Source: Candidatus Bathyarchaeia archaeon (GTDB lineage: Archaea > Thermoproteota > Bathyarchaeia > Bathyarchaeales > Bathycorpusculaceae). Taken from it: a stretch of 64,000 nucleotides of DNA. Where the stretch lies: the NCBI GenBank assembly GCA_038883795.1, contig JAVZLK010000002.1:108491-172490 (forward strand), written 5' to 3'. The notes below the pieces were generated by a model. It saw only the letters and a list, made by a program, of their open reading frames with translations. It did no database searches and was not told the origin of the DNA. Of this stretch, positions 10,909 through 21,623 are shown piece by piece. The translations under genes were made by a program, and so were the position numbers. Position 1 is the first letter of the stretch; each line of letters begins with the position of its first letter.

Positions 10909-11442
10909 TTAGCCTATTGTTTTTAGGATGTCTGACCGCGTTATTATCCCCACAATCTCTTTGCCCCTTGCCACTAATATTCCTTGATGTCTCTCAAGCA
11001 GTGGGCGGACGGCGTCTATGGGCATTTCTTCCGACACTGTTGGCAAGGGTGGACCCATAACGTTTTTTACCTTTTCCTTTGCTATGTTTGAGCTTAAGTT
11101 TCTGATTATGCTTTCTTCTGTTATTGTTCCAACAACTCTGTTTCCGTTCAGCACGGGCATCTGCGAGATGGCATTTCTCACCATAATCTCGCTTACTTTT
11201 AAAATGTTGTTGTTTGGTCTCGCAAAGAGGACGCCTTCGGTCATTATGTCTTTGCACTTTTTCTTTTTTCCTTCCGTCAAAACTTCTAAGATTTTGTTGA
11301 TTGTGGAAAGTCTCGGATCAACTTTCTCTTGTTCTATTTTTGCTATGTGGGCTTGTGATACGCCGACAAGTTCTGCAAGCCTTTTCTGGGTTAAGCCAGC
11401 CTCAAGTCTTAGTTTTCTAATGAGGGAGCCTGTCACCGCCAA
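10909..11442 (-). CDS. XRE-HTH plus tandem CBS domain transcriptional regulator
   Basis: LRLEAGLTQKRLAELVGVSQAHIAKIE HTH; ISQMPV and VGIITRSD CBS motifs. Confidence 0.9.
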   Translation of the reverse strand: MAVTGSLIRKLRLEAGLTQKRLAELVGVSQAHIAKIEQEKVDPRLSTINKILEVLTEGKKKKCKDIMTEGVLFARPNNNILKVSEIMVRNAISQMPVLNGNRVVGTITEESIIRNLSSNIAKEKVKNVMGPPLPTVSEEMPIDAVRPLLERHQGILVARGKEIVGIITRSDILKTIG

Positions 11443-11540
11443 AATATAACCACCAGTTATTTTCTTTTATAAATTAATACAGTAAATTATATATTTGTTT
11501 TGCGCATACATCCCTAAACTTCACTGTGGAAAGGTTTACC

Positions 11541-12749
11541 ATGCGGAACATAATAGTAGAAGACCTAAAACAGACGCCCTTGGAAAGACAGCGCATAGAA
11601 ATAGTGGAAAGAAAAGGTCTTGGACATCCGGATTATATCTGTGATGCTGTGATGGACCAGATTTCCATAAACCTAAGCAAAGAATACTTGGAAAAGGCTG
11701 GTTTAATCCTCCATCATAACGTTGACAAATCTCTTCTTGTGGCTGGAGAAGCTGAACCAAGATTTGGTGGGGGCATAGTTAAACAGCCCATGCTCTTCGT
11801 TTTCGGCGACAGGGCAACATCGGAATTTAACGGTACAAAAATAGACGTTAAAGAAATAGCAATACGCGTTGCCAAAGAGTGGTTCAGAAAGAACATGCGC
11901 TTTGTAGACCCAGAAAAACATGTGAAATATCAAGTAGAACTCAAGCCCGGCTCTGTGGGGCTTGTGGACATTTTTAAGCGGAAAGGAAAAGTTTTAGGAG
12001 CCAATGATACGTCTGCTGCTGTTGGATATGCGCCAATGACTAGAACAGAAAAAATAGTTTTGGAAACAGAGAAATTCCTAAACTCTCAAAACTTTAAACA
12101 GCGTTTTCCGGAATCGGGTGAAGACATAAAGGTTATGGGTTTCAGAGTAAACAACACCCTAAACCTTACAATTTCCATGGCTTTTGTCGACCGCTTCATA
12201 AACAGCGAAGAAGAATACTTCGAAAAGAAAGCAAAAATTCTCGAAGAAACAGAAAAATTCGTCAAGGCAAACACAGACTTTGAAACAGTTAACATTCAAC
12301 TAAACACTTTGGACGCTCGTGGAAGAGGCTTAGGAGGCTTATACCTAACAGTTTTGGGCACAAGCGCAGACAGCGGCGACTCAGGACAGGTTGGAAGGGG
12401 TAACCGTGTAAACGGCTTAATATCCCTAAACAGACCCTTCTGTTCCGAAGCCGCAGCAGGCAAAAACCCAGTAAGTCACGTTGGAAAAATCTATAACGTT
12501 TTAACCTACAAAATAGCCCAACACGTTTACGATGAAGTGCCTGAAGTTGAAGAAGTTTACATTTGGTTGCTGAGTAAAATTGGAAGCCCCATTGACCAGC
12601 CTGAAGTGGCAGCAGCACAAGTTATAATGAAGGGCAACAACGCCATAGAAAAGGTTAGACGCGAAATAAGCGATGTGCTAAACTACGAGCTGGAAAATAT
12701 AGACAAATTCTGCATGGAGCTTGCCGAAGGAAAAATTCAAACATATTAA
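11541..12749 (+). CDS. mat: Archaeal S-adenosylmethionine synthetase
   Basis: ERKGLGHPDYICD, ANDTS, GDSGQVGRGNR, GKNPVSHVGK; ATG at 11541 preferred. Confidence 0.96.
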   Translation: MRNIIVEDLKQTPLERQRIEIVERKGLGHPDYICDAVMDQISINLSKEYLEKAGLILHHNVDKSLLVAGEAEPRFGGGIVKQPMLFVFGDRATSEFNGTKIDVKEIAIRVAKEWFRKNMRFVDPEKHVKYQVELKPGSVGLVDIFKRKGKVLGANDTSAAVGYAPMTRTEKIVLETEKFLNSQNFKQRFPESGEDIKVMGFRVNNTLNLTISMAFVDRFINSEEEYFEKKAKILEETEKFVKANTDFETVNIQLNTLDARGRGLGGLYLTVLGTSADSGDSGQVGRGNRVNGLISLNRPFCSEAAAGKNPVSHVGKIYNVLTYKIAQHVYDEVPEVEEVYIWLLSKIGSPIDQPEVAAAQVIMKGNNAIEKVRREISDVLNYELENIDKFCMELAEGKIQTY

Positions 12750-12814
12750 CTTGAAACGTTTTTGAGTTTTTAATTGTAAGGCTTATTACTCTCCATTCTT
12801 AGGTATGATTAGAG

Positions 12815-13834
12815 TTGAAGTTTATGAAGGCTTGGGAAGCTGCTAGAAATGCTTTAGAATGCGTACTAGAATCCAAAAAGGGCGAAAGCATTATCGTTTT
12901 TTGTGATTATGAAAAGCTTGATGTTGGTGAAGCCTTTACAAATGGCGCCCTAAACCTAGGCCTACAAACAAGACTAATACCGCTGAAAACTAGTGCGAAT
13001 GTTTTTAGAAAAGAAATTCCACCCCAAATCATGGAAATTTTAACAAAATACACACCAGATATCTACATTAACCTTCTCCGCGGTTCTCGCGAAGAAACAC
13101 CCTTTAGAATAACACTCATAAAAATGGAAACAGCAGAACGCAAAGCCCGTTTGGGTCACTGTCCCGGCGTTACTTTAGACATGCTAACCCAAGGCGCTTT
13201 AGCTCTAACAGTTAAAGAGCATAGAGAAATGCAAAGTTTTGCAAAAAACCTAATCCAAAAACTGGGTGATGCAGCACACATAGAAATTACAAATCCAGCT
13301 GGCACAAAGGTTTCCCTAAACGTTGAAGGAAGACCCTTCTACACGGACACTATAATTGATTGGGAAACTATGAAGTGGATGAATTTGCCAACAGGCGAAG
13401 TTATCGTAGCGCCAGTGGAAGATTCTCTTGAAGGCACTTTTGTGTGCGACATGGCTGTGGGCGGAATAGGGCCTCTGAAAAACCCAGTTAAATTAACAAT
13501 CCATAAAGGTAAAGTGGAAAACATTTTTTCTGAAGACTTGTTAACATTAGAGAAAATTAGAGATTCCTTTAAAACTGACGAGTGGTCAGATGTTGTGGGC
13601 GAGTTTGCTTTTGGAATAAATAAGAAAGCAAGGTTTGTCGAAGAGTTCCTTGAAGCGGAGAAAATGTTTGGCACAATTCACATAGCCTTCGGCAACAACT
13701 CCGACATGCCAGGCGGCAAAAACAAATCCAAGAACCACATGGACTTTCTGATTTCAAAGCCAACCGTGAAGGTTTTTGACAAAAAGGGCTCATGTATGAA
13801 CGTTCTTGTTGATGGAGTTTTTCAATGCTTATAG
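12815..13834 (+). CDS. M29-like (thermophilic metallo)aminopeptidase
   Basis: NLPTGEV, GEFAFG, EAEKMFGTIHIAFG, HMD metal-ligand motifs. Confidence 0.85.
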   Translation: MKFMKAWEAARNALECVLESKKGESIIVFCDYEKLDVGEAFTNGALNLGLQTRLIPLKTSANVFRKEIPPQIMEILTKYTPDIYINLLRGSREETPFRITLIKMETAERKARLGHCPGVTLDMLTQGALALTVKEHREMQSFAKNLIQKLGDAAHIEITNPAGTKVSLNVEGRPFYTDTIIDWETMKWMNLPTGEVIVAPVEDSLEGTFVCDMAVGGIGPLKNPVKLTIHKGKVENIFSEDLLTLEKIRDSFKTDEWSDVVGEFAFGINKKARFVEEFLEAEKMFGTIHIAFGNNSDMPGGKNKSKNHMDFLISKPTVKVFDKKGSCMNVLVDGVFQCL

Positions 13835-13898
13835 CATGCTATTGTTAAAACACTTAAAATAGTTAAAAGTTTAAACTTAGAAAGAAAGGTGAATACGG

Positions 13899-14159
13899 TT
13901 GAGTGGAACGGAAGAAAAGCTTCCTATATCTGGTTTCTACAAGGTTGTTGATTATATTAACATTTTTAAAAGCGAAAAATGGTGGGAAGCCATAGTAGTT
14001 TTCGAATCTCTCGGGAGGCGTTCCATCGGTTTGTATTTGTGGCAGAACAGAAACGGAACATGGAAAAGAAAGCATAAATTTAACATAAGAAACTTGGAAG
14101 AATGGAATAAACTTAAAAACGCCATAGAACAACTAACGCCAAAACTGGTTTCAAAATGA
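13899..14159 (+). CDS. Small conserved protein, possibly PC4-like ssDNA-binding fold
   Basis: GGTGA SD; aromatic/basic beta strands then a C-terminal helix (LYLWQNRNGTWKRKHKFNIRNLEEWNKLK). Confidence 0.6.
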   Translation: MSGTEEKLPISGFYKVVDYINIFKSEKWWEAIVVFESLGRRSIGLYLWQNRNGTWKRKHKFNIRNLEEWNKLKNAIEQLTPKLVSK

Positions 14160-14265
14160 TCATTTTAGCTATTTTATGTATTTTTGATTTTGTTTTTGAA
14201 TAAGAATCCAAAATTGAATAATTTTATTAATTCATAACTACACAAAAACATGAAGGGCTGATATC

Positions 14266-14676
14266 ATGGAAACCGAACAAGAAGTTGAACAAGAAGCACA
14301 AGAAGTTGAACTTCAAGAGGCAACAAATGGAGAAGAAATCGAGCAAGAACAAGAAACTGGAGAAGAAGAGTATCAAGTTGCAGAAGAAACGCCGATGCAA
14401 AAACAAGAGGCAAAACAGAAAAACACGCACTCTAGCAATCAGGTAGAAGATAGGAGCGGCTTCATTCATGGACTTTCCGTAGGTTTAGGAATTGGGTGTA
14501 TTGCAACTTTCGTCATAGTTTGGATTTCAATATTCTTTGCTCCGCAGTTGCCGTCAGTCACCTACGAAAATTTGCTTTCAATATTCATTTACCCGCTAAT
14601 CTATCTATTAACAGTGGGTTTAATAGCACTGACTGCAGGCATAGTTAGAGAATATTATTCAAAAAGCAAATTCTAA
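14266..14676 (+). CDS. Membrane protein with Glu/Gln-rich low-complexity N-terminus and two TM helices
   Basis: EQEVEQEAQEVE... followed by two hydrophobic segments. Confidence 0.7.
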   Translation: METEQEVEQEAQEVELQEATNGEEIEQEQETGEEEYQVAEETPMQKQEAKQKNTHSSNQVEDRSGFIHGLSVGLGIGCIATFVIVWISIFFAPQLPSVTYENLLSIFIYPLIYLLTVGLIALTAGIVREYYSKSKF

Positions 14677-14760
14677 ATCTCTATTCTAGCCTTTTCTCTC
14701 TGCATTATTAAAAACAATAATAATTTAATAATTGATGGTTTAATCTATGATTGTGAAATC

Positions 14761-15384
14761 ATGTCCTACGCATTTAAGCAAATTTTAGAAAAAATAGCGG
14801 GTGAAAAAGCTCCAGGTCCATCTCCAACTTTTTCGCTTTTTCATATGTTAAATGCCATAGAAGTTATAGCTAAACAACCCATCGGTCGTGGCATGTTAGC
14901 TGAAAATTTGAAAGTTGGGGAAGGAGCTGTGCGCACTATAATAAGTCGACTGCAAAAAGCTGGTTTAATCACAGTTTCCAAGGCCGGATGCGTTCTTACA
15001 AAAAAGGGTTTAAGTTTATGGAAAGAGTATAAGGCAATCTTTAAAGAGAAAATAAAGATTGAGAAAAATGAGTTGACGCTTGCAGAGTATAATTTTGCAA
15101 TTTTGCTAAAAAATCATGCGCATAAGGTTAAATCTGGTATGGAGCAACGGGATGCTGCCGTGATGGTGGGAGCGAAAAGTGCCACGACGCTGCTTTTTAG
15201 GGGGCAACGCTTAATCATTCCATCAGTTAGCAGCAATGTGGCTGAAGATTTTCCAAAGGCTGCAAGTCAGATTTTGAAACTTCTAAAGCCAGAGGAGAAC
15301 GATGTTATAATTATTGTTGGTGCTGATGCTCCAGAAAAAGCTCACTATGGAGCTTTAGCGGCGGCGTGGGTTTTGCTTAATTAG
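14761..15384 (+). CDS. Winged-helix protein with DUF4443-like C-terminal domain
   Basis: PIGRGMLAENLKVGEGAVRTII HTH; GMEQRDAAVMVGA. Confidence 0.75.
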   Translation: MSYAFKQILEKIAGEKAPGPSPTFSLFHMLNAIEVIAKQPIGRGMLAENLKVGEGAVRTIISRLQKAGLITVSKAGCVLTKKGLSLWKEYKAIFKEKIKIEKNELTLAEYNFAILLKNHAHKVKSGMEQRDAAVMVGAKSATTLLFRGQRLIIPSVSSNVAEDFPKAASQILKLLKPEENDVIIIVGADAPEKAHYGALAAAWVLLN

Positions 15385-16142
15385 TATGTGTATTTATCTC
15401 CCCCAGCTAAAATGCGTTCTAATGCCATGTTGAAGTTTATCATCCCCTCATTCGTTTTCGCTGAAACTGGAATTAGCAAGAATCTTAAGCCAAGTTTGTG
15501 GATTGCCAGCATCATGTTTCTGCTAAGTAAGCGCTTTGTTCCTTCAAGTTTTTGTTCAATCGCAGTTTCCAAAGCCTTAGGATTAGCCGACCAATCCACA
15601 ATCTTGTCAACTTCCTCTTTTGGAAGCAAGTCGCATTTTGAGAGAAGATGCACTTGTGGTAGTAAGAAGCGGTTATAGACCGCTGCTGAAAGGAAAAGGT
15701 TTGAAACATAATTAAGTGGATTAACGCAAAAAACGGCGTCAAATAAGTAAACTATTGCTTTGTTTTCCTTTGTAAGCTCATTGGCAATGTAGGGTCCGCT
15801 TGCCCTAAAGGCGAATAACTCCATCTGCCCGGGAGTGTCAATCAAAACTATGTCTGACCTTAAATCCTCGATTTCTTTGGAAATTTCTTCAATTTTGTCT
15901 GCAATCAAATCTGCAGCCATTATCAATGCGCCGTTTGGGCCTAAACTATACTCTTCCATGAGGCTTTCAATATCCACGTAATCTCTAATGTCCACGTCTG
16001 GCGTGTATGGAAGTGTTAAAGCTCCCGGATCAAGGTTTACGACTGCAACGTCTTGTTTTGCCATTTTTAGCCATTCATTGAAAGCTGATGTGAGCATTGA
16101 CTTTCCAGAGCCAGCGGTTCCTATGATGAAAACTGTAAACAT
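15381..16142 (-). CDS. GPN-loop GTPase
   Basis: GTAGSGKS, NLDPG, LGPNG, DTPGQME. Confidence 0.95.
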   Translation of the reverse strand: MFTVFIIGTAGSGKSMLTSAFNEWLKMAKQDVAVVNLDPGALTLPYTPDVDIRDYVDIESLMEEYSLGPNGALIMAADLIADKIEEISKEIEDLRSDIVLIDTPGQMELFAFRASGPYIANELTKENKAIVYLFDAVFCVNPLNYVSNLFLSAAVYNRFLLPQVHLLSKCDLLPKEEVDKIVDWSANPKALETAIEQKLEGTKRLLSRNMMLAIHKLGLRFLLIPVSAKTNEGMINFNMALERILAGGDKYTY

Positions 16143-16169
16143 TATTATCGCCTTTTGGTTGTGTTAATA

Positions 16170-17342
16170 TCAATGCTTCAGTTGGTTGGTAAAAGTTTTT
16201 TCTGTTTGGGAGGGAATTTCTGGTGGTTGGGGTTCTTGTATTTTTGGTTGAGCTTGCCGAGAAGTGATGAATATGATTACGCCCATGCAAACTAAAATTG
16301 TAGTGGTTGCCAACAACAAAACGAAGAATGCGGATAGTACTGTTACTGTTTGGATTGGGCTGTCTGCTCCAGCATAATTATAATCTCCAGACCAGCTTGC
16401 ACGAACAAAACAAACTCCACTGGAAGTTTCCACATTCCAAACGTATCTAAACTGCCCATTAGAATCCGTTGTGGTTATGCCCAAAACTTTCCATGGCGAA
16501 TTGTTCACGCTTATGTAAATGGTAACTGTCTTATTTGGTAGGGCTGGAGAAATTTCTCCAGTAAGCGAAACTGTGCCTTGATTAATAACATAAGTGGGGG
16601 ACACGGTAAGCGAAATTGTTGATGCATTTAGGGGTTTGTAGCTTGCTGAAACTTGGCCAGGCGAAGATCGTTCACAGTTTTCAAGAGTAATAATTTCCGC
16701 GGAAGCCTGCTTTAAACTGTCTGGGCATTCGCCGACTCTCCATCCGTCTTGAAAGTAACCAGTGCACTCAGCAATGTAATATTTAATGTTGTTGTAGGTT
16801 ATGTAGTAAACTTGTCTTCTGGCATCGTATGGCGTATGTGAAAGGCTTACGCCGACATTCATGTGTGCTTCTTTTTCATAATATAAAAGTACAACTTCGA
16901 GTCCACCAGCTTTCATAATTGATGCTGCGATGAAAGAGAATAGGTCGCAGTCTCCCTTATTCTCCACCATAGTTTCTATCGGGTATTTTGCTGGTTCAGT
17001 TACTTCATATGGGATTTGATGTACAATCATTAACACGCCGTTGGCGAAATCTTCATCATCCGAATAAATTTCCCATAGTTTATCTGCGATGGGCTTCAAT
17101 GCGTATGGCGTTACAAATTTTGCAAAATCAGCCTCCGAATTCAAAGCGTGACTTTTTCCACGATAATAATCGTAGAGGGATTGTTGAATTGTAACGTTTA
17201 ACCTATAATATGTTGAGCCATTAGGTTCGTTTAAAATCTGATAGGAAACGCTGTAGGCTTCTGCCTGGCAACATGGAAACAAATAAAAAAATGTAAGCAA
17301 AACCATAATTGTTATAAGCGTTTTTGAAGGTTTCAGCTTCAT
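16170..17342 (-). CDS. Secreted, membrane-anchored transglutaminase-like protein with an Ig-like domain
   Basis: Signal peptide; GDC...HMNVGV...YYIAECT triad; TTDSNGQF Ig-like segment; C-terminal TM helix. Confidence 0.75.
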   Translation of the reverse strand: MKLKPSKTLITIMVLLTFFYLFPCCQAEAYSVSYQILNEPNGSTYYRLNVTIQQSLYDYYRGKSHALNSEADFAKFVTPYALKPIADKLWEIYSDDEDFANGVLMIVHQIPYEVTEPAKYPIETMVENKGDCDLFSFIAASIMKAGGLEVVLLYYEKEAHMNVGVSLSHTPYDARRQVYYITYNNIKYYIAECTGYFQDGWRVGECPDSLKQASAEIITLENCERSSPGQVSASYKPLNASTISLTVSPTYVINQGTVSLTGEISPALPNKTVTIYISVNNSPWKVLGITTTDSNGQFRYVWNVETSSGVCFVRASWSGDYNYAGADSPIQTVTVLSAFFVLLLATTTILVCMGVIIFITSRQAQPKIQEPQPPEIPSQTEKTFTNQLKH

Positions 17343-17514
17343 TGTTCTCTCAAAATTTGTTATTAACCTAATTTATGGCTCTTATGAACCCACAATCAAT
17401 AGTGAAGGTATTCTAAAGGATAATTTTGGGGAGATATCTTAAACAATTTGTCAAATAAAAATACTTTTGAATTAGTTCCTAGTTAAACGACATAATAATA
17501 CCCTCAAATTATAT

Positions 17515-18519
17515 ATGCAAAAGCTGTTAGAAATTGATGTAGAGACTATGGTGGAGATAACAAGTTTAGGTTTGCATATAACGGACTGTTGTAATGCCAA
17601 CTGTCTTCACTGTGCTTTTTTCTGTGGCCCAGAAATTAAGGGCTGTATGAATTTTAAAGAAGCGAAAAAGTATGTAACTGATGCTAAAGCATTGAATACT
17701 GAAATAATTTGTATAACGGGCGGTGAGCCGATGCTTTATCCCGTTTTAGTTAAAAGGATAATAGCTGAATGTAGCCATTTATCGTTTCCTCAAATATGGC
17801 TCTTCACTAATGGCTTCTGGGCACACAATAAATCCAAAGCAAATGCAACTGTTCAGGAACTTAAAAACGTTGGCTTAACAAAAATGTTTTTTAGCGTAGA
17901 TTTTTTCCATCAAGAGTATGTGCCTATAAAATCTGTCAAAAACGCAGTTGAAGCATCTTTAGAATCCAGCCTTGAAGTTTCTATCGACGCAAGGTTTGTT
18001 GGTAAACCAGGAGAACAGAACAAGTTTAACTTTGCCACCCAACGCCATCTTGAATTTCTAAACAATCTTACCACAAAAGTTGAAGTGACAAAAACTCAAT
18101 CCATGTTTGTCGGTAGAGCAGCAGAATCTCTCATAAAGCATGTTAAAATGAAACCCTTATCCGAAATCCTAACTGAAACATGCTCAGGTGCGTGGGCTGG
18201 GGGAACGCTGAAGTCTCCTTTGGGAGTTGATGTAGACGAGTTTGGATTCGTCACTATATGTCCGGGCTTAAGCATTGGAAATGCACGGGAAGTCTCTCTT
18301 AGAAAAATTGTTGAGAATTATAATTATCAAGATTATATGGTTATTGCTGTACTCTGCGATGAAGGGCTGAAAGGCTTAACAGAGCTTGCCTCTAAGTATG
18401 GTTTCGTTCCAAATAGAGCTTATGTCGATGGGTGTCATTTATGCTATGAAACGAGAAAATTCATTAGAAAACACTTTCCAGAAGCTTTTTGCTATTCTGA
18501 TAAGATTTTGACGAAATAA
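17515..18519 (+). CDS. Radical SAM protein with C-terminal Cys motifs
   Basis: CNANCLHC, ITGGEP, TNGFWA, C-terminal CHLC. Confidence 0.88.
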   Translation: MQKLLEIDVETMVEITSLGLHITDCCNANCLHCAFFCGPEIKGCMNFKEAKKYVTDAKALNTEIICITGGEPMLYPVLVKRIIAECSHLSFPQIWLFTNGFWAHNKSKANATVQELKNVGLTKMFFSVDFFHQEYVPIKSVKNAVEASLESSLEVSIDARFVGKPGEQNKFNFATQRHLEFLNNLTTKVEVTKTQSMFVGRAAESLIKHVKMKPLSEILTETCSGAWAGGTLKSPLGVDVDEFGFVTICPGLSIGNAREVSLRKIVENYNYQDYMVIAVLCDEGLKGLTELASKYGFVPNRAYVDGCHLCYETRKFIRKHFPEAFCYSDKILTK

Positions 18520-18561
18520 TTTCCGCTTAATTCGCAGAAAAACCATAGAAACATCTTAAAT

Positions 18562-19341
18562 TTAGATTTTCACGAATTCCCTTTCTCTGCGGTTAAAAAC
18601 GCAAACTTTTGTATAACCCGCTTTCTTTGCTAATTTTATGGCTTCTTTGAAGTTTCTGCCCACATCGTTTGGTTCATGCGCATCTGAGCCAAAAACTATG
18701 GGAACATTGTGGTTTTGTAATATTTTCAGAAATTGTTCGCTTGGATAAATCTCTTGGCATGGTCTTCTTAATCCGCTGGTGTTGATTTCCGCACAAACGT
18801 TATACTTTACCATTGCTTCAGCAGCCTCTTCAAGAATTTGGGAAAAATCAGTTTTTGGTTTAAATCCAAAAATTTTTATCAGGTCTGGATGGGCTAAAAT
18901 GTCGAAAAGCTGACTTTGGCACAATTTTTTGACAAGACTAAAATATTCTTCATAAACCTTTAGAATATCTCTTTTTGAGTATTCGTTAATTTGTGATGGC
19001 GAATCAACAGACCACTCGCCAATAAAATGAACAGCTCCAATAACGTAATCAAAAGGAAATTTTCTAACAAAATCTTCAATTTTTTCAGTAAATTTTGGTA
19101 TGAAATCCACTTCAGCGCCCAATTTCACTGGCAAATCTGCGTTAGCCTTTAAATTGAGAAAGTTTTGAAGATAAGTCGAGTTTATGGGTAGAAATGGGCA
19201 TCCCTTAATGTGATGAAATGTTACATGTTCAGAGAAGCCTATTTCGCCAAGCTTCTTCAACTTTGCCATTTTGACATAATCTTCCATGGAGCCTTTGGCG
19301 TCCAGCGAAACCTCAGTGTGAATATGATAATCTACAAGCAT
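18562..19341 (-). CDS. PHP-family histidinol-phosphatase (HisJ/HisK type)
   Basis: DYHIHT, FSEH, AHPDL, EINTSG, GSDAH. Confidence 0.88.
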   Translation of the reverse strand: MLVDYHIHTEVSLDAKGSMEDYVKMAKLKKLGEIGFSEHVTFHHIKGCPFLPINSTYLQNFLNLKANADLPVKLGAEVDFIPKFTEKIEDFVRKFPFDYVIGAVHFIGEWSVDSPSQINEYSKRDILKVYEEYFSLVKKLCQSQLFDILAHPDLIKIFGFKPKTDFSQILEEAAEAMVKYNVCAEINTSGLRRPCQEIYPSEQFLKILQNHNVPIVFGSDAHEPNDVGRNFKEAIKLAKKAGYTKVCVFNRREREFVKI

Positions 19342-19357
19342 TCATATTCACTTAGCC

Positions 19358-20176
19358 TTATGTTCTGATTTTTCCTCCACTTTTCTGCACGAGCTCTGAC
19401 AATTGAATTATGGCTTTTCCAATTCTGTCTTTGGCTATTTTAGAATTTTCAGCGGTTGTTGAAAAGTGGATTTCTATGCGCGGTTCTCTCTCCTCGCCTT
19501 TTGGATGGGACTTTATATAAATGTAGGGGTTATCATGCATCGTCTTATCAATTAACGGAGCCAAAGAGGATTCCATGATGTTGTCAGCGTAAATGCTTGT
19601 TTCAAAAAACACAGCCTCTCCAGCCTCCCTTTTTAGAAGAGGCGCAACAGATTCCTCAAAAATAGCTTCCATTTCTGATGGAACACCTGGCAAAGCTATC
19701 AAAAATGTTTTTTCAACATCAATTTTTACGCCTGGAGCCGTGCCAATTGGGTTTGGTAATGGTTCTGCTCCTTCTGGAAGCTTTGCCATTTTCAATCTTG
19801 GAGGTGTCAACTCCACCCTTTCAATTCTTCCAGCTTTCGCATATGCTTCATATTTTTCCCTAACCATTTTCAAAGCCTTCTCATTAACTTCTAATTTGCG
19901 GTTTAGAGCCTTAGCAATTCCTTCCAATGTTTTGTCGTCGAAAGTTGGTCCCAACCCGCCCGTTGTTATTAGAAAACGAGGCTTTCGCTGCAAGGCTTCT
20001 CTTATAGCGTTAGCAATTTCTTCGATATCATCGCTCACAACTGTTATTCGCCTAACAGCTATTCCCATGGAAGTTGCACGTTTGGCAAGCCATTGGGCGT
20101 TTGTGTTTAATGTTTTGCCAATTAACAGTTCATTGCCAACGCAGATTATTTCCATTGTCTGAACCATCTTGTTCAC
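19358..20176 (-). CDS. CinA N-terminal/molybdopterin-binding domain protein
   Basis: VGNELLIG...NTNA, TGGLGPTFDD, LPGVPSEM. Confidence 0.88.
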   Translation of the reverse strand: MNKMVQTMEIICVGNELLIGKTLNTNAQWLAKRATSMGIAVRRITVVSDDIEEIANAIREALQRKPRFLITTGGLGPTFDDKTLEGIAKALNRKLEVNEKALKMVREKYEAYAKAGRIERVELTPPRLKMAKLPEGAEPLPNPIGTAPGVKIDVEKTFLIALPGVPSEMEAIFEESVAPLLKREAGEAVFFETSIYADNIMESSLAPLIDKTMHDNPYIYIKSHPKGEEREPRIEIHFSTTAENSKIAKDRIGKAIIQLSELVQKSGGKIRT

Positions 20177-20260
20177 TTTTCCCGCTTTTAGACTATTAAA
20201 AATAAATTGTTTGCTTTTATGCTGTTTGCTATTTTATCGTTAAAAACAGTCATGTAGTGC

Positions 20261-20476
20261 TTATTTTTTCTTGCTTAGCCACCACTTCAAATATTCCTTT
20301 CTCCGCTTTTCTTGCTCTTCTTCCTCGGTTTCAAAGGTTGGTCTAAGCTTTTCTCTAAGTTCCATCAACTCTTGCTGTGTCACAGATAATCCGCAGCTTT
20401 TGCAGACATAATGTTTGGTGGCTAATATGTACTGCATTTCGCCTCCGCATTCTGGGCAATATGGCATTTCAATCAC
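20261..20476 (-). CDS. Small Zn-ribbon protein
   Basis: CPECG...CKSCG followed by a charged helix; likely ATG at 20467. Confidence 0.75.
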   Translation of the reverse strand: MIEMPYCPECGGEMQYILATKHYVCKSCGLSVTQQELMELREKLRPTFETEEEEQEKRRKEYLKWWLSKKK

Positions 20477-20531
20477 TATTCTGCTCTACAAGTGAATGCT
20501 CTTTAAGAAATAGGTTTCGCTCTTTCGCCCT

Positions 20532-21623
20532 TCATGTTATGAAGTTTACAAGTTTTGCCTCTTTAGCCAATGCAACAGCCTTCTCCATCTCATCACGGGT
20601 AAGCCTTCTGCGCAGTTCTGGAATTTCATAAGCTCGCCATTCTGGTCTATACTGAAACATCACGTTAACCCTTGTTTCCACGCCCAAATTTTCAGCTATC
20701 CAGTTTATAATGGGCTTTGTGCAGCATTCCAAATGATTTGGCAAAACCAGTATGCGAATTATTAGTTCGCCGTAATTTTTTGCTTCCAAATGGTTGCGTG
20801 TGCAAACTTCCCAATAGTTTGGGGCTTCTGAAATTTTTTCGGCGCATTCGCCTGGTCCATACTTGAAATCTAATAGGTAAACGTCTGCGAATCCAGCTAA
20901 AAGTTGGGCTGTTTCTGGACTATAATAGGTGTTTGAGTTCCAAACAACTGGTATATTCACATTTACGTGTTTGAAGGTTTCAAGCCACTGCTTTAGCCAT
21001 GGTGTTGGTTCTCCGCCTACTAGGTTGGCGTTTCTGCAACCGCTTAAGCGTAAATTTTCAACCTCCTTAGCCAAATCTTCCGTCTTGTAAACTTCGCCCT
21101 TCTCCATCCATTGGGAAATTGTCCAGTTTTGGCAGTGTTTGCAGCGCATGGTGCAGCCCATGGTGAAAATGGTTCCAGAAGGCACAAGTTCTGGCTCTTC
21201 GCCCACATGCTCAAAAATGCTTGAAATCATAATTTCTGAACCGCATTTGCAAAAACCAAGTTTTCCCTCAATTCTGTTGGCTCCGCATCTTCGGGTGCAG
21301 AAATGGCAGTTAGCGAGGATTTTTTTGGCGATTTCGATTTTTAAGTCAAGGTAAGACTTTTCTGGAGTGGGCATTTTCTTCAAATTTTCTTGTTTAGTAT
21401 CGATTTTTTCTTGAAGTTTATAGAATTCTTCTGTAAGTTCCGAATGTTTCCGCCAAAGCTTCTCTAAAGAATCTTTTTCGCTGAATTCTGCCACAAGTTT
21501 TTTCGCTATCAAAAATTTTGCTGGCTTCTTATCTTGCACAACAGCGAAATATCTACTTAGGCTTTTCCTAGCCATCTCATCATTGAGCACGCTCACCGCG
21601 TCTGGACGAAGAAGTCTCCACAT
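20532..21623 (-). CDS. PflX-like radical SAM protein
   Basis: CHFCTRRC, HVGEE, GCTMRCKHCQN, GGEPTP, MFQYRP. Confidence 0.88.
   Translation of the reverse strand: MWRLLRPDAVSVLNDEMARKSLSRYFAVVQDKKPAKFLIAKKLVAEFSEKDSLEKLWRKHSELTEEFYKLQEKIDTKQENLKKMPTPEKSYLDLKIEIAKKILANCHFCTRRCGANRIEGKLGFCKCGSEIMISSIFEHVGEEPELVPSGTIFTMGCTMRCKHCQNWTISQWMEKGEVYKTEDLAKEVENLRLSGCRNANLVGGEPTPWLKQWLETFKHVNVNIPVVWNSNTYYSPETAQLLAGFADVYLLDFKYGPGECAEKISEAPNYWEVCTRNHLEAKNYGELIIRILVLPNHLECCTKPIINWIAENLGVETRVNVMFQYRPEWRAYEIPELRRRLTRDEMEKAVALAKEAKLVNFIT

Noticed and set aside
14270-14410. GAACAAGAA-type short repeats
   Set aside because: Low-complexity Glu/Gln coding sequence; no spacer structure, so not CRISPR.
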